From: an archaeon
Lineage (GTDB): Archaea > Undinarchaeota > CAZHTU01 > JBDRCC01
Assembly: GCA_043822065.1 (NCBI GenBank)
Contig: JBDRCC010000020.1
Coordinates: 80,598-144,597, forward strand
DNA: 64,000 nucleotides
Direction: 5' to 3'
Shown here: piece by piece, positions 18,481 to 28,866 of the stretch
Layout: the number at the start of each line of letters is the position of its first letter
Position numbering within the stretch: the first letter of the stretch is position 1
Notes under the pieces: generated by a model
Told to the model about the DNA's origin: nothing
What the model saw: the letters and a program-made list of their open reading frames with translations, nothing else
The model's database searches: none
Translations under genes and position numbers: made by a program

Positions 18481-19448
18481 AGGGCTCCGTTTTCCATAAG
18501 CACAAACCCGCTCTCAAAGCTTATCGTCGGGTTTTTTATCACCATGTCTATGTGCAGCGGCACGCTGACGCCGCCGCCGAAACCTGTGTTGTTCCCGAGC
18601 GCAACATGGCACGTCCCAAGTATCTTCTCCCCTTCGAGCGCGGTCTCAAATCCCACTGCCTGCTTGTTCGTCCCGATTCCGAGCTCGGCAATATTGTACA
18701 CCTTGTCCCCGAGCTTCTCCGGCATGAGTATCCTTTTTAGTTCATCCGCCCTGGAGCCTGATAGCGACTTAACCATCCCGCCCTCGACCTCAATTGTCAG
18801 CGGCTCCTTCAGCTTTCCCATTTGGCTTATGCCGCCGTCGACGACTATCTTTCCGTACGACTTTCCCTCGTTCGGCGCAAAGAAGGCCTCGCCCGCAGGC
18901 AGGTTTCCGCCTGACCCCTTGCCAGTGTAGATTCCATTGTCCTCGTGGACAGTCCGCCCGGTCCGGTATACTGTGAAGTCAGTCCCAGCCGCCGTCCTTA
19001 TCTTTACCCTTTCGGCGTGCCGAACCTTCCTTGCCACGTAGTTCGTCACGGGCACAACCTCTGCCCGGTAGTCAAGCGAAAGCGTCCTCAGGAACATGTC
19101 CTTGGTAATGTGCGGCATCGACGCCCAGCGCACCCCCATCCCGCTCGCAGCCTTTCTCGCGGCAGTGTGTGAGAGGGAGTATGTAGTCGGCATAAGGAGG
19201 ATGTCCGCGTCAAGCATGTTGTGGCTTATCTCCTCAGGCGGCTCCGTCCCGTCCCCGCCGGTTTCAGGCATTACTTCCATGAAAGAGTCCGAAGCGATTT
19301 CTTTTGACGCCTTGAGCAGCGCCTTTGCAATCGCAGCCCTCTGGCGGCTTCCCCTGTCGGTTATTATGTAAGCCCGCTCATTGTAGTAGAGCCCCATGTT
19401 TTCCTTTACCACCTTCCGGGCAACTTCAAGGAGCTTCTTTCCAATCAT
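18444..19448 (-). CDS. Aminopeptidase, M29 (aminopeptidase T-like) family
   Basis: NLPAGEAFFAP, IAELGIGTN, EKILGTCHVALG, LHID. Confidence 0.88.
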   Translation of the reverse strand: MIGKKLLEVARKVVKENMGLYYNERAYIITDRGSRQRAAIAKALLKASKEIASDSFMEVMPETGGDGTEPPEEISHNMLDADILLMPTTYSLSHTAARKAASGMGVRWASMPHITKDMFLRTLSLDYRAEVVPVTNYVARKVRHAERVKIRTAAGTDFTVYRTGRTVHEDNGIYTGKGSGGNLPAGEAFFAPNEGKSYGKIVVDGGISQMGKLKEPLTIEVEGGMVKSLSGSRADELKRILMPEKLGDKVYNIAELGIGTNKQAVGFETALEGEKILGTCHVALGNNTGFGGGVSVPLHIDMVIKNPTISFESGFVLMENGALQGFQELAASSV

Positions 19449-20698
19449 GCGAAGAACTCTGCTATTTTTTTCAGCTCGACCTTTTTCTCATCGCCAGTCT
19501 CCATGTTCCTGACCGTCACTTTCTTTTCCTCAAGGTCGCGCTTTCCGACTATTATGCAGTATGAAACCGAATTCGAGTTTGCCCACTCAAGGTTTTTAGA
19601 AAGCTTCCTGCCTGCGATGTCATACGACGCGCTAAGCCCCGTTTCCCTAAGTGCTGATGCTATCCCTATCGCCTCGCCAAGGACGTCCGGCCCTACCGGC
19701 ACTACGAAAATGCTTTTCTCGCCTTTGAAGTCTGGAACCTTTTTCTGGCTTTCAAGCGCCATGAGCGCCCTTTCTATCCCGCCGGCGCACCCAGTCGCTG
19801 GCATGTCCTTTCCGGAGAAAATCTTGACTAGAGAGTCGTACCTTCCGCCGCCGAAGAGCGCGCCAAGGTTCGGGTTACCATTCTCATAAGCCTCAAACAC
19901 AACCCCAGTGTAGTACCCTATCCCCCTGACCACTGTCAGGTCAAGCTCAGCCTTCTTGCCAAGCTTTCCAAGGTATTCGAAAACCTTTTCGAGGCTTTCA
20001 ACGCCTTTTACTTTTTCTTTCTTCAGCCCAGCAAGGTTCTTCGCCCTAAGCTTTTCCAGGACGGAGTCTGCAGTCTTCTTGTCTACGCCATACTTCCCGA
20101 ACTCCCTGTACAGCTCCTCCTTTGATACCTTCTTTATCTTGTCTATCGTCCTGAGCGCCCCGTCAATCTGCTTCACGCCTGCCTTCTGGAGGATGTCCTC
20201 CGCAATCTCCCTGTTTCCGACAAGAACCTCGCAGCCCTTCAGCCCGAGCTCGTCCAGGATGTCAATCGAGAGGGCTATGACCTCGGCATCGGCCTCAGCG
20301 CCGTCTACTCCGAAGACTTCTACGTTCCACTGGTAGAACCACCGCTTCCGCCCGTATCCCGGGCGGTCGTACCTCCACATTGAGGAGATGCAGGCGAGCT
20401 TTACAGGCTTCTGCCAGTTCGGGTTTGCCGCGACCATCCTCGAGCACCCGACCGTCAGGTCGAACCTCAGCCCGAGCTCCCTGCCTGACTTGTCCTTGAA
20501 GTCATAAATCTCATTCCTTATCTCTTCCCCGGACTTTGCCGAAAGGGTTTCGAACTCCTCAACAAAGCTCGGCTCGACCAGCCTGAAGCCGTACCTCTTG
20601 AAGACCGACTTTATCCTGGAGTAAACCCACTCCCTCGTGAGCATCTCTTCCGGTCCAATGTCTGCCATGCCTCGCGGCGGCTGGAATCCCATGCCCAC
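19445..20698 (-). CDS. hisS: Histidine--tRNA ligase
   Basis: PPRGMAD, LRFDLTV, WRYDRP, RGIGYYTG, GGGRYD. Confidence 0.96.
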   Translation of the reverse strand: MGMGFQPPRGMADIGPEEMLTREWVYSRIKSVFKRYGFRLVEPSFVEEFETLSAKSGEEIRNEIYDFKDKSGRELGLRFDLTVGCSRMVAANPNWQKPVKLACISSMWRYDRPGYGRKRWFYQWNVEVFGVDGAEADAEVIALSIDILDELGLKGCEVLVGNREIAEDILQKAGVKQIDGALRTIDKIKKVSKEELYREFGKYGVDKKTADSVLEKLRAKNLAGLKKEKVKGVESLEKVFEYLGKLGKKAELDLTVVRGIGYYTGVVFEAYENGNPNLGALFGGGRYDSLVKIFSGKDMPATGCAGGIERALMALESQKKVPDFKGEKSIFVVPVGPDVLGEAIGIASALRETGLSASYDIAGRKLSKNLEWANSNSVSYCIIVGKRDLEEKKVTVRNMETGDEKKVELKKIAEFFA

Positions 20699-20745
20699 TA
20701 TAATGAAATAATAAGTTTTTAATACTTAGGTTCCTTAGTGTTTTC

Positions 20746-21513
20746 ATGCTATCTATACGGAAGGCAGTTTCGCAGGGTGTCGAGGTGATAAGCTCGAACA
20801 CAATAATAATTTTCCCGATACTGCTTTACTCAATATTCGTCTCTCTCGTCGTGGCATTTAGCTTCATGCCCATCCTGGGGACGAGCCAGGTTGACCTCAT
20901 GGCAATAGACCTTTCCCTTCTTGCCCGAAACACCGACGCCCTCTTCGGCGCCTTAATCATCGACGCGCTTTTCCTCCTCATCCTCGGAGCCTTCTTCAAC
21001 TCGATAACCCTCTCAATGATAAAGGAGGGCTGGAAGCGGGGCATAACCGGCTTCGCGCTTTCCTTTGGCTCAACATATTTCGCCCCAATCCTGGGGGTAA
21101 CACTCGCCAAGGGGCTGATAACCGGATGCCTCCTTTCCCTTGCAGCACTCCCCTTATTCATCGGCCCTTCCGTGCCGGCGGTTATAATTTCCGCCACGTC
21201 CGTTTTCCTTCTTGTAATCGTCCTGTTGGGGCTCTTTTGGGTCAAAGAGAGCGTGGTTGCCGAGAACAAGGGCGTCGCTGCCGCCTTGCGGAACTCCTGG
21301 AACTTTACGCGGCTCAACCTCTATGGCACAATCATGATAATAGCTGCCGTCGCAGCCCTTGAAATGATGGCATTTGCTTCCCGCCAGAGCGTGCCCCAGG
21401 CAGCCACCCCAATCACTCCATTAATCGGGGTAATAGCACTTTTCCTTGAGCTTTTCCTGTCTGCCACGGCCAAGTCAGTCAAGCTCGCCGCATACCTAGA
21501 AACACACAAATAG
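20746..21513 (+). CDS. Polytopic membrane protein
   Basis: About 6 TM segments; AALRNSWNFT motif seen in uncharacterised membrane families. Confidence 0.6.
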   Translation: MLSIRKAVSQGVEVISSNTIIIFPILLYSIFVSLVVAFSFMPILGTSQVDLMAIDLSLLARNTDALFGALIIDALFLLILGAFFNSITLSMIKEGWKRGITGFALSFGSTYFAPILGVTLAKGLITGCLLSLAALPLFIGPSVPAVIISATSVFLLVIVLLGLFWVKESVVAENKGVAAALRNSWNFTRLNLYGTIMIIAAVAALEMMAFASRQSVPQAATPITPLIGVIALFLELFLSATAKSVKLAAYLETHK

Positions 21514-21597
21514 AAAAATTATAAAAGGCAGTTTTCCTTAAAGTTGGAACTTCAAGGGACGCATTCTGTTCCTTACAGTTATAAAGGATAAACAAAA

Positions 21598-23403
21598 ATG
21601 GCCAAATCTAAAACTTCGAAAAAGAAAACTGGCAAGGTCATGACCCTTGCCAAAGAAAAGGGAATGAAACATAGCTACTATGTTGTCGAGAAGCACCTCG
21701 AGAATTTCCCTGCGAAACCAAATATGCCTAGCTACGAGAAAGCCAGGAAGACCTTCAAGTGGAAAGACCTCAAGAAGGAAATTGACTGGTTTGACGGCGG
21801 CAAGCTGAACGTCGCGTACAATGCTATCGACAGGCACACAACGACCTGGAGAAAGAACAAGGTAGCGCTCTATTGGGTCGGCGACGACGACAGGCTCGAG
21901 AAATACACTTTCCTCGAGATGTCAAAGCTTACCAACAAATTCGCCAATGTCCTGAAAAAGCTTGGCGTGAAGAAGGGAGACCGTGTCTTCATATTCATGC
22001 AGAGGACGCCGGAGATATACGTCGCATTCCTCGGAGCCCTCAAGATAGGGGCTATCGCGGGAACACTGTTCCCTGCGTTCGGAAGCGACGCACTCAAGGA
22101 CAGGCTCGGGGACTGCGGTGCAAGCGTGCTTGTAACCGACTCTGTGCTTGCAAAGCGGGTATACCCGGTAAAGAGCGAACTTCCAAACCTCAAGAACATA
22201 GTCCTTGTGGACAAGGAGACAGAGCTCAACCCGGGCGAGTGCAGCTACAAGGCGCTCATGAAAGAGGCGTCCGACAAATTTGATGTCGTAGAGATGGACC
22301 CGGAGGACTACATGTACATGCTCTACACTTCCGGCACGACCGGCAAGTCGAAGGGCGTAGTCCATGCCTCTGCTGGGGTCATCCAGCAGATGATTACCTC
22401 CCGGTGGGTTCTTGACCTCCAGGAAGACGACGTCTACTGGTGCACCGCAGACCCAGGCTGGGTCACGGGCATTGTCTACGGCATTATCGGGCCGTGGGTC
22501 AATGGCGTGTCTTCTGTCGTCCATGGTGGAAGGTTCAGCCCCGACGTCTGGTACAAGATAATCCAGGACTTCAAGGTGACCGTCTGGTATTCCGCACCGA
22601 CAGCGGTAAGGATGCTGATGTCCGCAGGCGCTGACGTCGTCAAGAAGTACGACATGTCAAGCCTGAGATACCTCAACAGCGTCGGCGAGCCGCTGAACCC
22701 AGAGGCAATCAAGTGGAGCTATGACGTCTTCGGCCTTGTTTTCCACGACAACTGGTGGCAGACCGAAACCGGCTCAATCCTGATTGCGAACTACCCGTCA
22801 ATGAAGATAAAGCTCGGCTCCATGGGCAGGCCATTCCCAGGAATCGAGGCTGCAATCATTGACGACAGCGGGAAGAGGCTCAAGGCCGGCGAAGAGGGCC
22901 ACCTTGCAATAAAGCCGGGCTGGCCCGCAATGATGCGGACCATCTGGAAGAACCAGCCGAAGTACGACTCGTGCTTCAAGAACGGCTGGTACTACTCCGG
23001 TGACAAGGCCTGGATGGACAAGGAAGGCTACTTCTGGTTCATCGGCAGGGCTGACGACGTCATAAAGACGTCGGGCGAAAGGGTAGGCCCTTTCGAGGTC
23101 GAGTCCGCCCTTGTCTCCCACCCGGCGGTTGCCGAGGCAGGAGTCATAGGCAAGCCAGACCCGCTCAGGGGAGAGATAATAAAGGCTTTCATCACCCTGA
23201 GGAAGGGCTACACCTGGTCGGATGCTCTCAAGGACGAGATAGTAAAGCACACCAAGAAGCACCTGGCAGGCCACGCCTACCCGCGGGAAATTGAGGTCGT
23301 GGACAAGCTCCCGAAGACAAGGTCCGGCAAAATCATGCGCCGCGTCCTTAAGGCGAAGGAGCTCGGCCTCCCGATAGGCGACACCGCAACCCTCGAAGAT
23401 TAG
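21598..23403 (+). CDS. acsA: AMP-forming acetyl-CoA synthetase
   Basis: YTSGTTGKSKG, WCTADPGWVTG, DNWWQTETG, LPKTRSGKIMRR. Confidence 0.93.
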   Translation: MAKSKTSKKKTGKVMTLAKEKGMKHSYYVVEKHLENFPAKPNMPSYEKARKTFKWKDLKKEIDWFDGGKLNVAYNAIDRHTTTWRKNKVALYWVGDDDRLEKYTFLEMSKLTNKFANVLKKLGVKKGDRVFIFMQRTPEIYVAFLGALKIGAIAGTLFPAFGSDALKDRLGDCGASVLVTDSVLAKRVYPVKSELPNLKNIVLVDKETELNPGECSYKALMKEASDKFDVVEMDPEDYMYMLYTSGTTGKSKGVVHASAGVIQQMITSRWVLDLQEDDVYWCTADPGWVTGIVYGIIGPWVNGVSSVVHGGRFSPDVWYKIIQDFKVTVWYSAPTAVRMLMSAGADVVKKYDMSSLRYLNSVGEPLNPEAIKWSYDVFGLVFHDNWWQTETGSILIANYPSMKIKLGSMGRPFPGIEAAIIDDSGKRLKAGEEGHLAIKPGWPAMMRTIWKNQPKYDSCFKNGWYYSGDKAWMDKEGYFWFIGRADDVIKTSGERVGPFEVESALVSHPAVAEAGVIGKPDPLRGEIIKAFITLRKGYTWSDALKDEIVKHTKKHLAGHAYPREIEVVDKLPKTRSGKIMRRVLKAKELGLPIGDTATLED

Positions 23404-23413
23404 AGATTCATCA

Positions 23414-23447
23414 GGGAGGGGCAGTCCCCTCCCCTTTCTATTTTTTT
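23414..23447 (+). terminator. Hairpin plus T-tract terminator after acsA
   Basis: GGGAGGGG-cagt-CCCCTCCC (8-bp stem) followed by CTTTCTATTTTTTT. Confidence 0.75.
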
Positions 23448-23465
23448 AGCAGCCCAGCACCAGCT

Positions 23466-23930
23466 TCAGTAGAAAATCGACAGCCCTGCGAAAAGTATTA
23501 TGGCGAACAGGATTTTCTCCGTCAGCGAGCCGGTCCTTATCGGCCCGGAAATCTTTTTGTTCCAGAATGGGTAGAAAAGTGCGACGCCCTCTTTGGTCAT
23601 GGCATCAAGGGCAAGGTGGCTCATGTACCCTGCGAAAAACGGCAGGAAAATCCTTTCCGCAAACGCCAGCGAGAGCATCCCTACAATAACCATCGCAACA
23701 GCAAATCCGCTGAACGAGTGTATCCATCCCCTGTGCCCCGCAAGCCAGCTTATTATGTCGGAAAGCGGCCTTACCTTCCGCCCCAGCTTAGACTTCGGGG
23801 TGTCAATGTCCGGCAGGAGCGCGCCCAGCGCGAGGAATATGACAAAGAGGAGCCCCGGCTCAAAATAGCCCTTCTGCGCCCCGTAGACTCCTACCACGAT
23901 TGCAAAAAGTATGTGGGTTTCCCAAAGCAT
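23466..23930 (-). CDS. Membrane-bound metal-dependent hydrolase (YdjM family)
   Basis: TH, LLPDID, HRGWIHS, SHLALD motifs. Confidence 0.88.
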   Translation of the reverse strand: MLWETHILFAIVVGVYGAQKGYFEPGLLFVIFLALGALLPDIDTPKSKLGRKVRPLSDIISWLAGHRGWIHSFSGFAVAMVIVGMLSLAFAERIFLPFFAGYMSHLALDAMTKEGVALFYPFWNKKISGPIRTGSLTEKILFAIILFAGLSIFY

Positions 23931-23955
23931 GCCTTCACTATAAAAGAAGTCTTAT

Positions 23956-24438
23956 TTAATCTTTCTTGAGCCTTGCAATGTCTCCGAGCGTTAGCGGCTG
24001 GTCGGACGGCTTTTTCTGCCCGATGACGTCCTTTATCTGCTGCCGCAGGCTTACCCTGAAAAGCCTTTCTATTTTCCTTACAGTCTCGTCATTGGGCCGT
24101 ATTGCCTCGTGCTCCATGCTCTTGACAACAGACTCTTTCTCATTTAGCTTCAATCCCAGCTCCTTCAGGGACCAGCCATTCTTCTCGCGCTCGTGCCTTA
24201 TCATCTCGCCATACCCTGAAATCAGGTAATCCTCTGCATCTATCTCGCCCGGGTCAAGCCTGGCTTCAAGCCTTGATTTGTGCACTATCCTGCCGTCGTC
24301 AGCCGGCACAGGCCTTGGCTGCGCCACCTGCCCGACAACACTCCCGAATTTCGAGCAAGCCTTGCAGACCTTCAGCTTGGTGCCTGAAACCTCGGCAATT
24401 ACCAGCTCCCCAGCCCTGCCGCAAATTTCGCAGTCCAT
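23956..24438 (-). CDS. mbf1: Archaeal multiprotein bridging factor aMBF1
   Basis: CEICG...CKAC zinc ribbon, HTH, C-terminal LTLGD. Confidence 0.92.
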   Translation of the reverse strand: MDCEICGRAGELVIAEVSGTKLKVCKACSKFGSVVGQVAQPRPVPADDGRIVHKSRLEARLDPGEIDAEDYLISGYGEMIRHEREKNGWSLKELGLKLNEKESVVKSMEHEAIRPNDETVRKIERLFRVSLRQQIKDVIGQKKPSDQPLTLGDIARLKKD

Positions 24439-24489
24439 CGCCTATCTTATCTCCATAAAAGATTTAACTGTGCCGGTCATAGGAACTGC

Positions 24490-25404
24490 ATGGTTTCCAA
24501 AGCATCGGCTCCTGGCAAGCTGATACTCTTCGGCGAGCACGCAGTCGTCTACGGCGTTCCGTCAATCGTCTGCGCCATAGGCAAGCGGATATTCGCGACG
24601 GTGGAGCCAGCCAAAAAAAGCTCCCTCGAGTTCGACTCAATCAGCATCAGCTCCCCGCTTGACGGAGAGCTTGAGCTGCTCAAGTTCTTCAAGCGCGGGG
24701 TAGGCCTCATAGGCAAAGAGGCGAAAATAAGGATTGACTCCCAGATCCCAATTGGCGCGGGCCTTGGCTCGTCCGCGGCTATGGCATGCTCCTTCCTGAA
24801 AGCCGCCTCTGCAGAGTTCGGCTTGAACCTTGGCACCGCGCAGATAGCTGAATACGCCCTGGAGATGGAAAAAATCGTCCATGGGACCCCATCCGGCGTC
24901 GACCCGGCAGTTTCTGCCAATGGGGGGTTCATCGAATTCCAGAAGGGGGTTATAACTCCGCTGAAGCCCACTAACCTGCCTTTAATCATCGGCTACACCG
25001 GCAAGGAGCGCAGCACAAAGCAGACAGTCTCCCACGTCGCCGAGCTCCATAGGGAAAAGCCGGAGATGACTGGCAAAATCTTCTCACAGATACACGAAAT
25101 TGTCCGCAAGGCAAAGGCTGAAATACAGCAAGCCAGCCCAGACCTTGGCAAGATTGGAAAGCTCATGACAAGAAACCACGAGCTCCTCCAAAAGCTTGAA
25201 GTCAGCTCTGCCGAGCTTGATAAGCTAGTCGGGGCGGCGCTCGAAGCCGGCGCCCACGGCGCAAAGCTTACTGGTGCCGGAGGCGGGGGCTGCATGGTCG
25301 CCCTTGGCGGCCCGGAAGTTTCCGAAGCAATTAAAAATTCAGGGGGCATAGTAATAGAGTCGGGAATCTCAAAGGAGGGAGTCAGAGATGAGAGACTTTC
25401 TTAA
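24490..25404 (+). CDS. mvk: Mevalonate kinase
   Basis: PGKLILFGEHAVVYG, PIGAGLGSSAA, GTPSGVD, KLTGAGGGG. Confidence 0.95.
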   Translation: MVSKASAPGKLILFGEHAVVYGVPSIVCAIGKRIFATVEPAKKSSLEFDSISISSPLDGELELLKFFKRGVGLIGKEAKIRIDSQIPIGAGLGSSAAMACSFLKAASAEFGLNLGTAQIAEYALEMEKIVHGTPSGVDPAVSANGGFIEFQKGVITPLKPTNLPLIIGYTGKERSTKQTVSHVAELHREKPEMTGKIFSQIHEIVRKAKAEIQQASPDLGKIGKLMTRNHELLQKLEVSSAELDKLVGAALEAGAHGAKLTGAGGGGCMVALGGPEVSEAIKNSGGIVIESGISKEGVRDERLS

Positions 25405-26611
25405 CCTGCTCAGGGAAAGCAAGCTCCTGCGCGAAGAGGAGGCTACGCTTAAGTCTGTCCCCGAAATCCTCAAGAAAAACCCAGAGGACGCGTTCCTTTT
25501 CGACGTCGGCAAGGAATTCAAAGTCGTGTCTGGCATCCTTGCGACCCGCCACAAGTTTGCACTCGGGCTCGGGGTGAAGGAATCCAGGCTTTTGGACGAA
25601 ATCTCAAAGTCCTATGCTTCGAAGGGAAAAATATCAAAAGCCAAAACCGCACCGTTCTTTGAGAACTCCGCAAGGGACCTGAAAAAAATACCCATCCCAA
25701 TCCAGTACAAGGGGATGCCTAAGTACTTCACATCATCAATCGTCGCCGCAAAGGACCCGGAATACGGGCTTAACCTCTCCTACCACAGGATGCAGATAAA
25801 GGACGGAAAAACCCTCCATGCCCGCGTCGTCAGACGGCACCTCTTCGAGTTCATCCAGCGCAACGGCGAGATGGACATAGCAATAATACTCGGCGCAGAC
25901 CCGTCGATACTCCTCTCTGCCGCGGCGACGGTCGAAATCGGAAAGAGCGAGTATGAAATCGCCTCCTACTTCAAAGACCTCAAGCTCGTCGAGCTTGACA
26001 ACGGTATCCCTGTCCCGCAGAACGCCGAGATTGTGATTGAGGCAAGGATAACCAAAGAGCGCGCCTACGAAGGCCCGTTCGTCGACCTGACCGGAACCTG
26101 GGACATAATCCGAAAGGAGCCGGTAATCAAGGTCAAGAAGGTGCACTACCGGAACGACCCGATATTTTACACTATAATGACCGGGCTGAGGGAGCACGCC
26201 CTCCTGATGGGTATGCCCAGGGAGCCGGCGATATACAACGCGGTAAACAAGGTGTCAAAGTGCATAGGCGTCGTTCTGCCTGTTCCTGGGTGCTCCTGGC
26301 TGCACGGCGTAGTCTCAATCGACAAGAAATCAGACGACGAGATCCCGAAAGTTGTGGAAGCCGCGTTCGGCGCCCACTCGAGCATGAAGCACCTGTTCAT
26401 TGTCGACTCTGACATCGATGTCAAAAACGCAGCCCAGGTCGAATGGGCGCTTGCCACAAGGTTCCAGGCGGACAAGCACCTGACCGTTTTCCCGCGGCAG
26501 TACGGCTCCTCGCTAGACCCCTCGATTAAAGAAGGGCTGACCGCAAAGGCGGCATTCGACTGCACGATACCGGTAAAAAAAGACAGGTCCAAATTCAAGC
26601 GGCAGATATGA
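25388..26611 (+). CDS. UbiD-family decarboxylase, likely anhydromevalonate phosphate decarboxylase
   Basis: NLSYHR, EGPFVDLTG, VEWALATRFQ, GSSLDPS; context with mvk, AcnX and UbiX. Confidence 0.88.
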   Translation: MRDFLNLLRESKLLREEEATLKSVPEILKKNPEDAFLFDVGKEFKVVSGILATRHKFALGLGVKESRLLDEISKSYASKGKISKAKTAPFFENSARDLKKIPIPIQYKGMPKYFTSSIVAAKDPEYGLNLSYHRMQIKDGKTLHARVVRRHLFEFIQRNGEMDIAIILGADPSILLSAAATVEIGKSEYEIASYFKDLKLVELDNGIPVPQNAEIVIEARITKERAYEGPFVDLTGTWDIIRKEPVIKVKKVHYRNDPIFYTIMTGLREHALLMGMPREPAIYNAVNKVSKCIGVVLPVPGCSWLHGVVSIDKKSDDEIPKVVEAAFGAHSSMKHLFIVDSDIDVKNAAQVEWALATRFQADKHLTVFPRQYGSSLDPSIKEGLTAKAAFDCTIPVKKDRSKFKRQI

Positions 26612-27264
26612 GATTCGCAATTTTCGACCTTGACGGCACATTAGTTGACACTCTGAAGCCACATGTCGACTCCTTCATAGCGATAGCCGAAAAGTACGGG
26701 GTCGAAACCAACCGCCGGGAGATTGAGGACCTCTTCGGGGTCAGGGCAAAGGAGATATACCAGCTCCTTATCGCCCGCCAGAAGCTTGACCTCGATGCAG
26801 GAAAGCTTGCGGAGGAAAAATACGCCTACATGCAGGCGCACCTCAAGCCGTTTGAGCTTCTGCCCGGCGTGAAGGCGCTGCTTGAGCACATGCAGTCAAG
26901 AAAAATCAAGATGGCGGTGGCGACCGGGACGAGCAAGCCAGTCCTTGTGAAAAATGTATTGGGCATGGCAGGCATCCTGCAGTATTTCGACAAAATAATC
27001 ACTGCCGAAGAGGTTTCATTCACAAAGCCTGACCCGGAGATATACCTCAAGGCAATCTCCGCCCTCGACCCGGAACAAAAATACCCAAAATCCGAATTCC
27101 TCGCTTTTGAGGACTCAACCTACGGCGTCCAGGCAGCTCACGGCGCCGGCTTGCGCTGCGTCGCGGTTGCAACTGGCAGGGCAAAAAAAGTGGACCTGAC
27201 AAAGGAAAAGCCATACCTTCTTCTCGACACATTAGAGGATGCCGCCCTAAAGCAAATACTATAG
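26608..27264 (+). CDS. HAD-superfamily phosphatase (beta-PGM-like subfamily)
   Basis: FDLDGTLVDT, KPDPEIY, FEDS. Confidence 0.88.
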   Translation: MRFAIFDLDGTLVDTLKPHVDSFIAIAEKYGVETNRREIEDLFGVRAKEIYQLLIARQKLDLDAGKLAEEKYAYMQAHLKPFELLPGVKALLEHMQSRKIKMAVATGTSKPVLVKNVLGMAGILQYFDKIITAEEVSFTKPDPEIYLKAISALDPEQKYPKSEFLAFEDSTYGVQAAHGAGLRCVAVATGRAKKVDLTKEKPYLLLDTLEDAALKQIL

Positions 27265-27308
27265 CCTCAAGGATAGCTTTTTAACTGCCTCACCTTATTC
27301 CTTTATAG

Positions 27309-28463
27309 ATGCACATTACAAAATCCGAGGAGAAAATACTCAGCGGCGAGGAAGGCCCTGTTAAGCAGAAGGCATTGGAGCTCCTTGTCGGCCTTGGAAA
27401 GATATTCGGCGCAGAGAGGCTCATCCCTGTCAAGTCCGTCCAGGTTGCCGGGGTCTCTTACCAGAACATTGGCGATGCCGGGCTGGACTTCCTGAACGAC
27501 TGGGCTGCAGAGGCAAAGGTCGTCGTCCCAACAACCCTTAACCCCGCAGGCATGGACCTCGAGAACTGGGAGCCGTTTGTCGGTCACGAATTCGCTGAAA
27601 AGCAGCTTGAAATCATAGACGCCTACCGCAGGATGGGGATTCAGATAACCTGCACCTGCACGCCGTACTACGTCGGCAACGTCCCGAACGCCGGCGACCA
27701 CATCGCCTGGTCGGAGTCGTCAGCCGTCGTTTATGCAAACTCAGTGCTTGGCGCATACACAAACCGCGAAGGCGGTCCGTCCGCCCTTGCGGCGGCAATC
27801 ATCGGAAAAACCGCATGCTATGGCTACCACATTGACGAAAACCGCGTCCCTGTGGTCCAGGTAACCGTCCCGGAAACGATGTTCGACTACTCAGACTACT
27901 CTGCCGCAGGCTACTGGATAGGGAAAAATACAGACGGCGTGCCAATCGTAGACTTTGGCCAGGCGCCAAAGAACGAATACCTCCGCGGGTTTTCCGCAGG
28001 CCTCGCTGCAAGCGGGGACAAGGCCATGTTCCACCTTGGCAGGCGCGAAGGCCTGCCCGAAGTCGTCATGCACGAGGAAGACCTGATTGGCGTCTATGCC
28101 AGCTTCACCTCGGAGTCCGAATTTGATGCGGTCTACCTTGGCTGCCCCCACCTGTCCTTCCAGGAGGTTGGCAGGGTGGCAAGGACTGTCTCGAACAAGA
28201 AGCTCAGGTATCCACTCCTTCTCTTCTGCTCGCGGGAAATCTACCGCCAGGCATTTTACAAGGGCTACCTCGACATCCTAAAGCGCGCCGGCGCATACCT
28301 CATCGCTGACACCTGCATGGTCGTTTCACCCCTAAAATACAAGTCCGTACTCACAAACTCTGCCAAGGCTGCGCACTACCTCAAGAGCTTCGGCGTCAAG
28401 GTCGAGCTGGCTTACACAGACGACTGCATAAAATACGCCCTCGGAGGAAAGTATGAAGGCTGA
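27309..28463 (+). CDS. Aconitase X large subunit (phosphomevalonate dehydratase large subunit)
   Basis: GVSY, TCTPY, WSESSA, GCPH, DTCMVV. Confidence 0.9.
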   Translation: MHITKSEEKILSGEEGPVKQKALELLVGLGKIFGAERLIPVKSVQVAGVSYQNIGDAGLDFLNDWAAEAKVVVPTTLNPAGMDLENWEPFVGHEFAEKQLEIIDAYRRMGIQITCTCTPYYVGNVPNAGDHIAWSESSAVVYANSVLGAYTNREGGPSALAAAIIGKTACYGYHIDENRVPVVQVTVPETMFDYSDYSAAGYWIGKNTDGVPIVDFGQAPKNEYLRGFSAGLAASGDKAMFHLGRREGLPEVVMHEEDLIGVYASFTSESEFDAVYLGCPHLSFQEVGRVARTVSNKKLRYPLLLFCSREIYRQAFYKGYLDILKRAGAYLIADTCMVVSPLKYKSVLTNSAKAAHYLKSFGVKVELAYTDDCIKYALGGKYEG

Positions 28464-28866
28464 GAAAGAGGTCAGGGGGCGCATCGTCTACCATGGCATA
28501 GCCAAGGGCAAGGCGCTTGTCTCAAAAAAGCGGCTGAGCTTTTACGGCTCAATAGACTTCAAGACCGGAAAAATCCAGGAGAAGGACTCCGACATATATG
28601 GCAAATCAATCAAGGACACAATCCTTGTCTTCCCAGGCGGCAAGGGCTCGACCGTCGGGAGCTTCGCCCTCTACAGGCTCCACAAGTCCGGGCTTGGCCC
28701 GAAGGCGATAATAAACTCCGAAACCGAGCCGATAATTGCGGCAGGCGCAATCCTCTCCGGAATCCCGCTAATCGACAAGCTCGAGAAAGACCCTGCCAAG
28801 TTTATAAAAACCGGGGACATTGTCTTAGTAGACTGCAATAACGGGGTTGTTTCAGTAGAAAAATGA
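28453..28866 (+). CDS. Aconitase X swivel subunit (phosphomevalonate dehydratase small subunit, DUF126)
   Basis: [18 protein letters not shown]. Confidence 0.9.
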   Translation: MKAEKEVRGRIVYHGIAKGKALVSKKRLSFYGSIDFKTGKIQEKDSDIYGKSIKDTILVFPGGKGSTVGSFALYRLHKSGLGPKAIINSETEPIIAAGAILSGIPLIDKLEKDPAKFIKTGDIVLVDCNNGVVSVEK

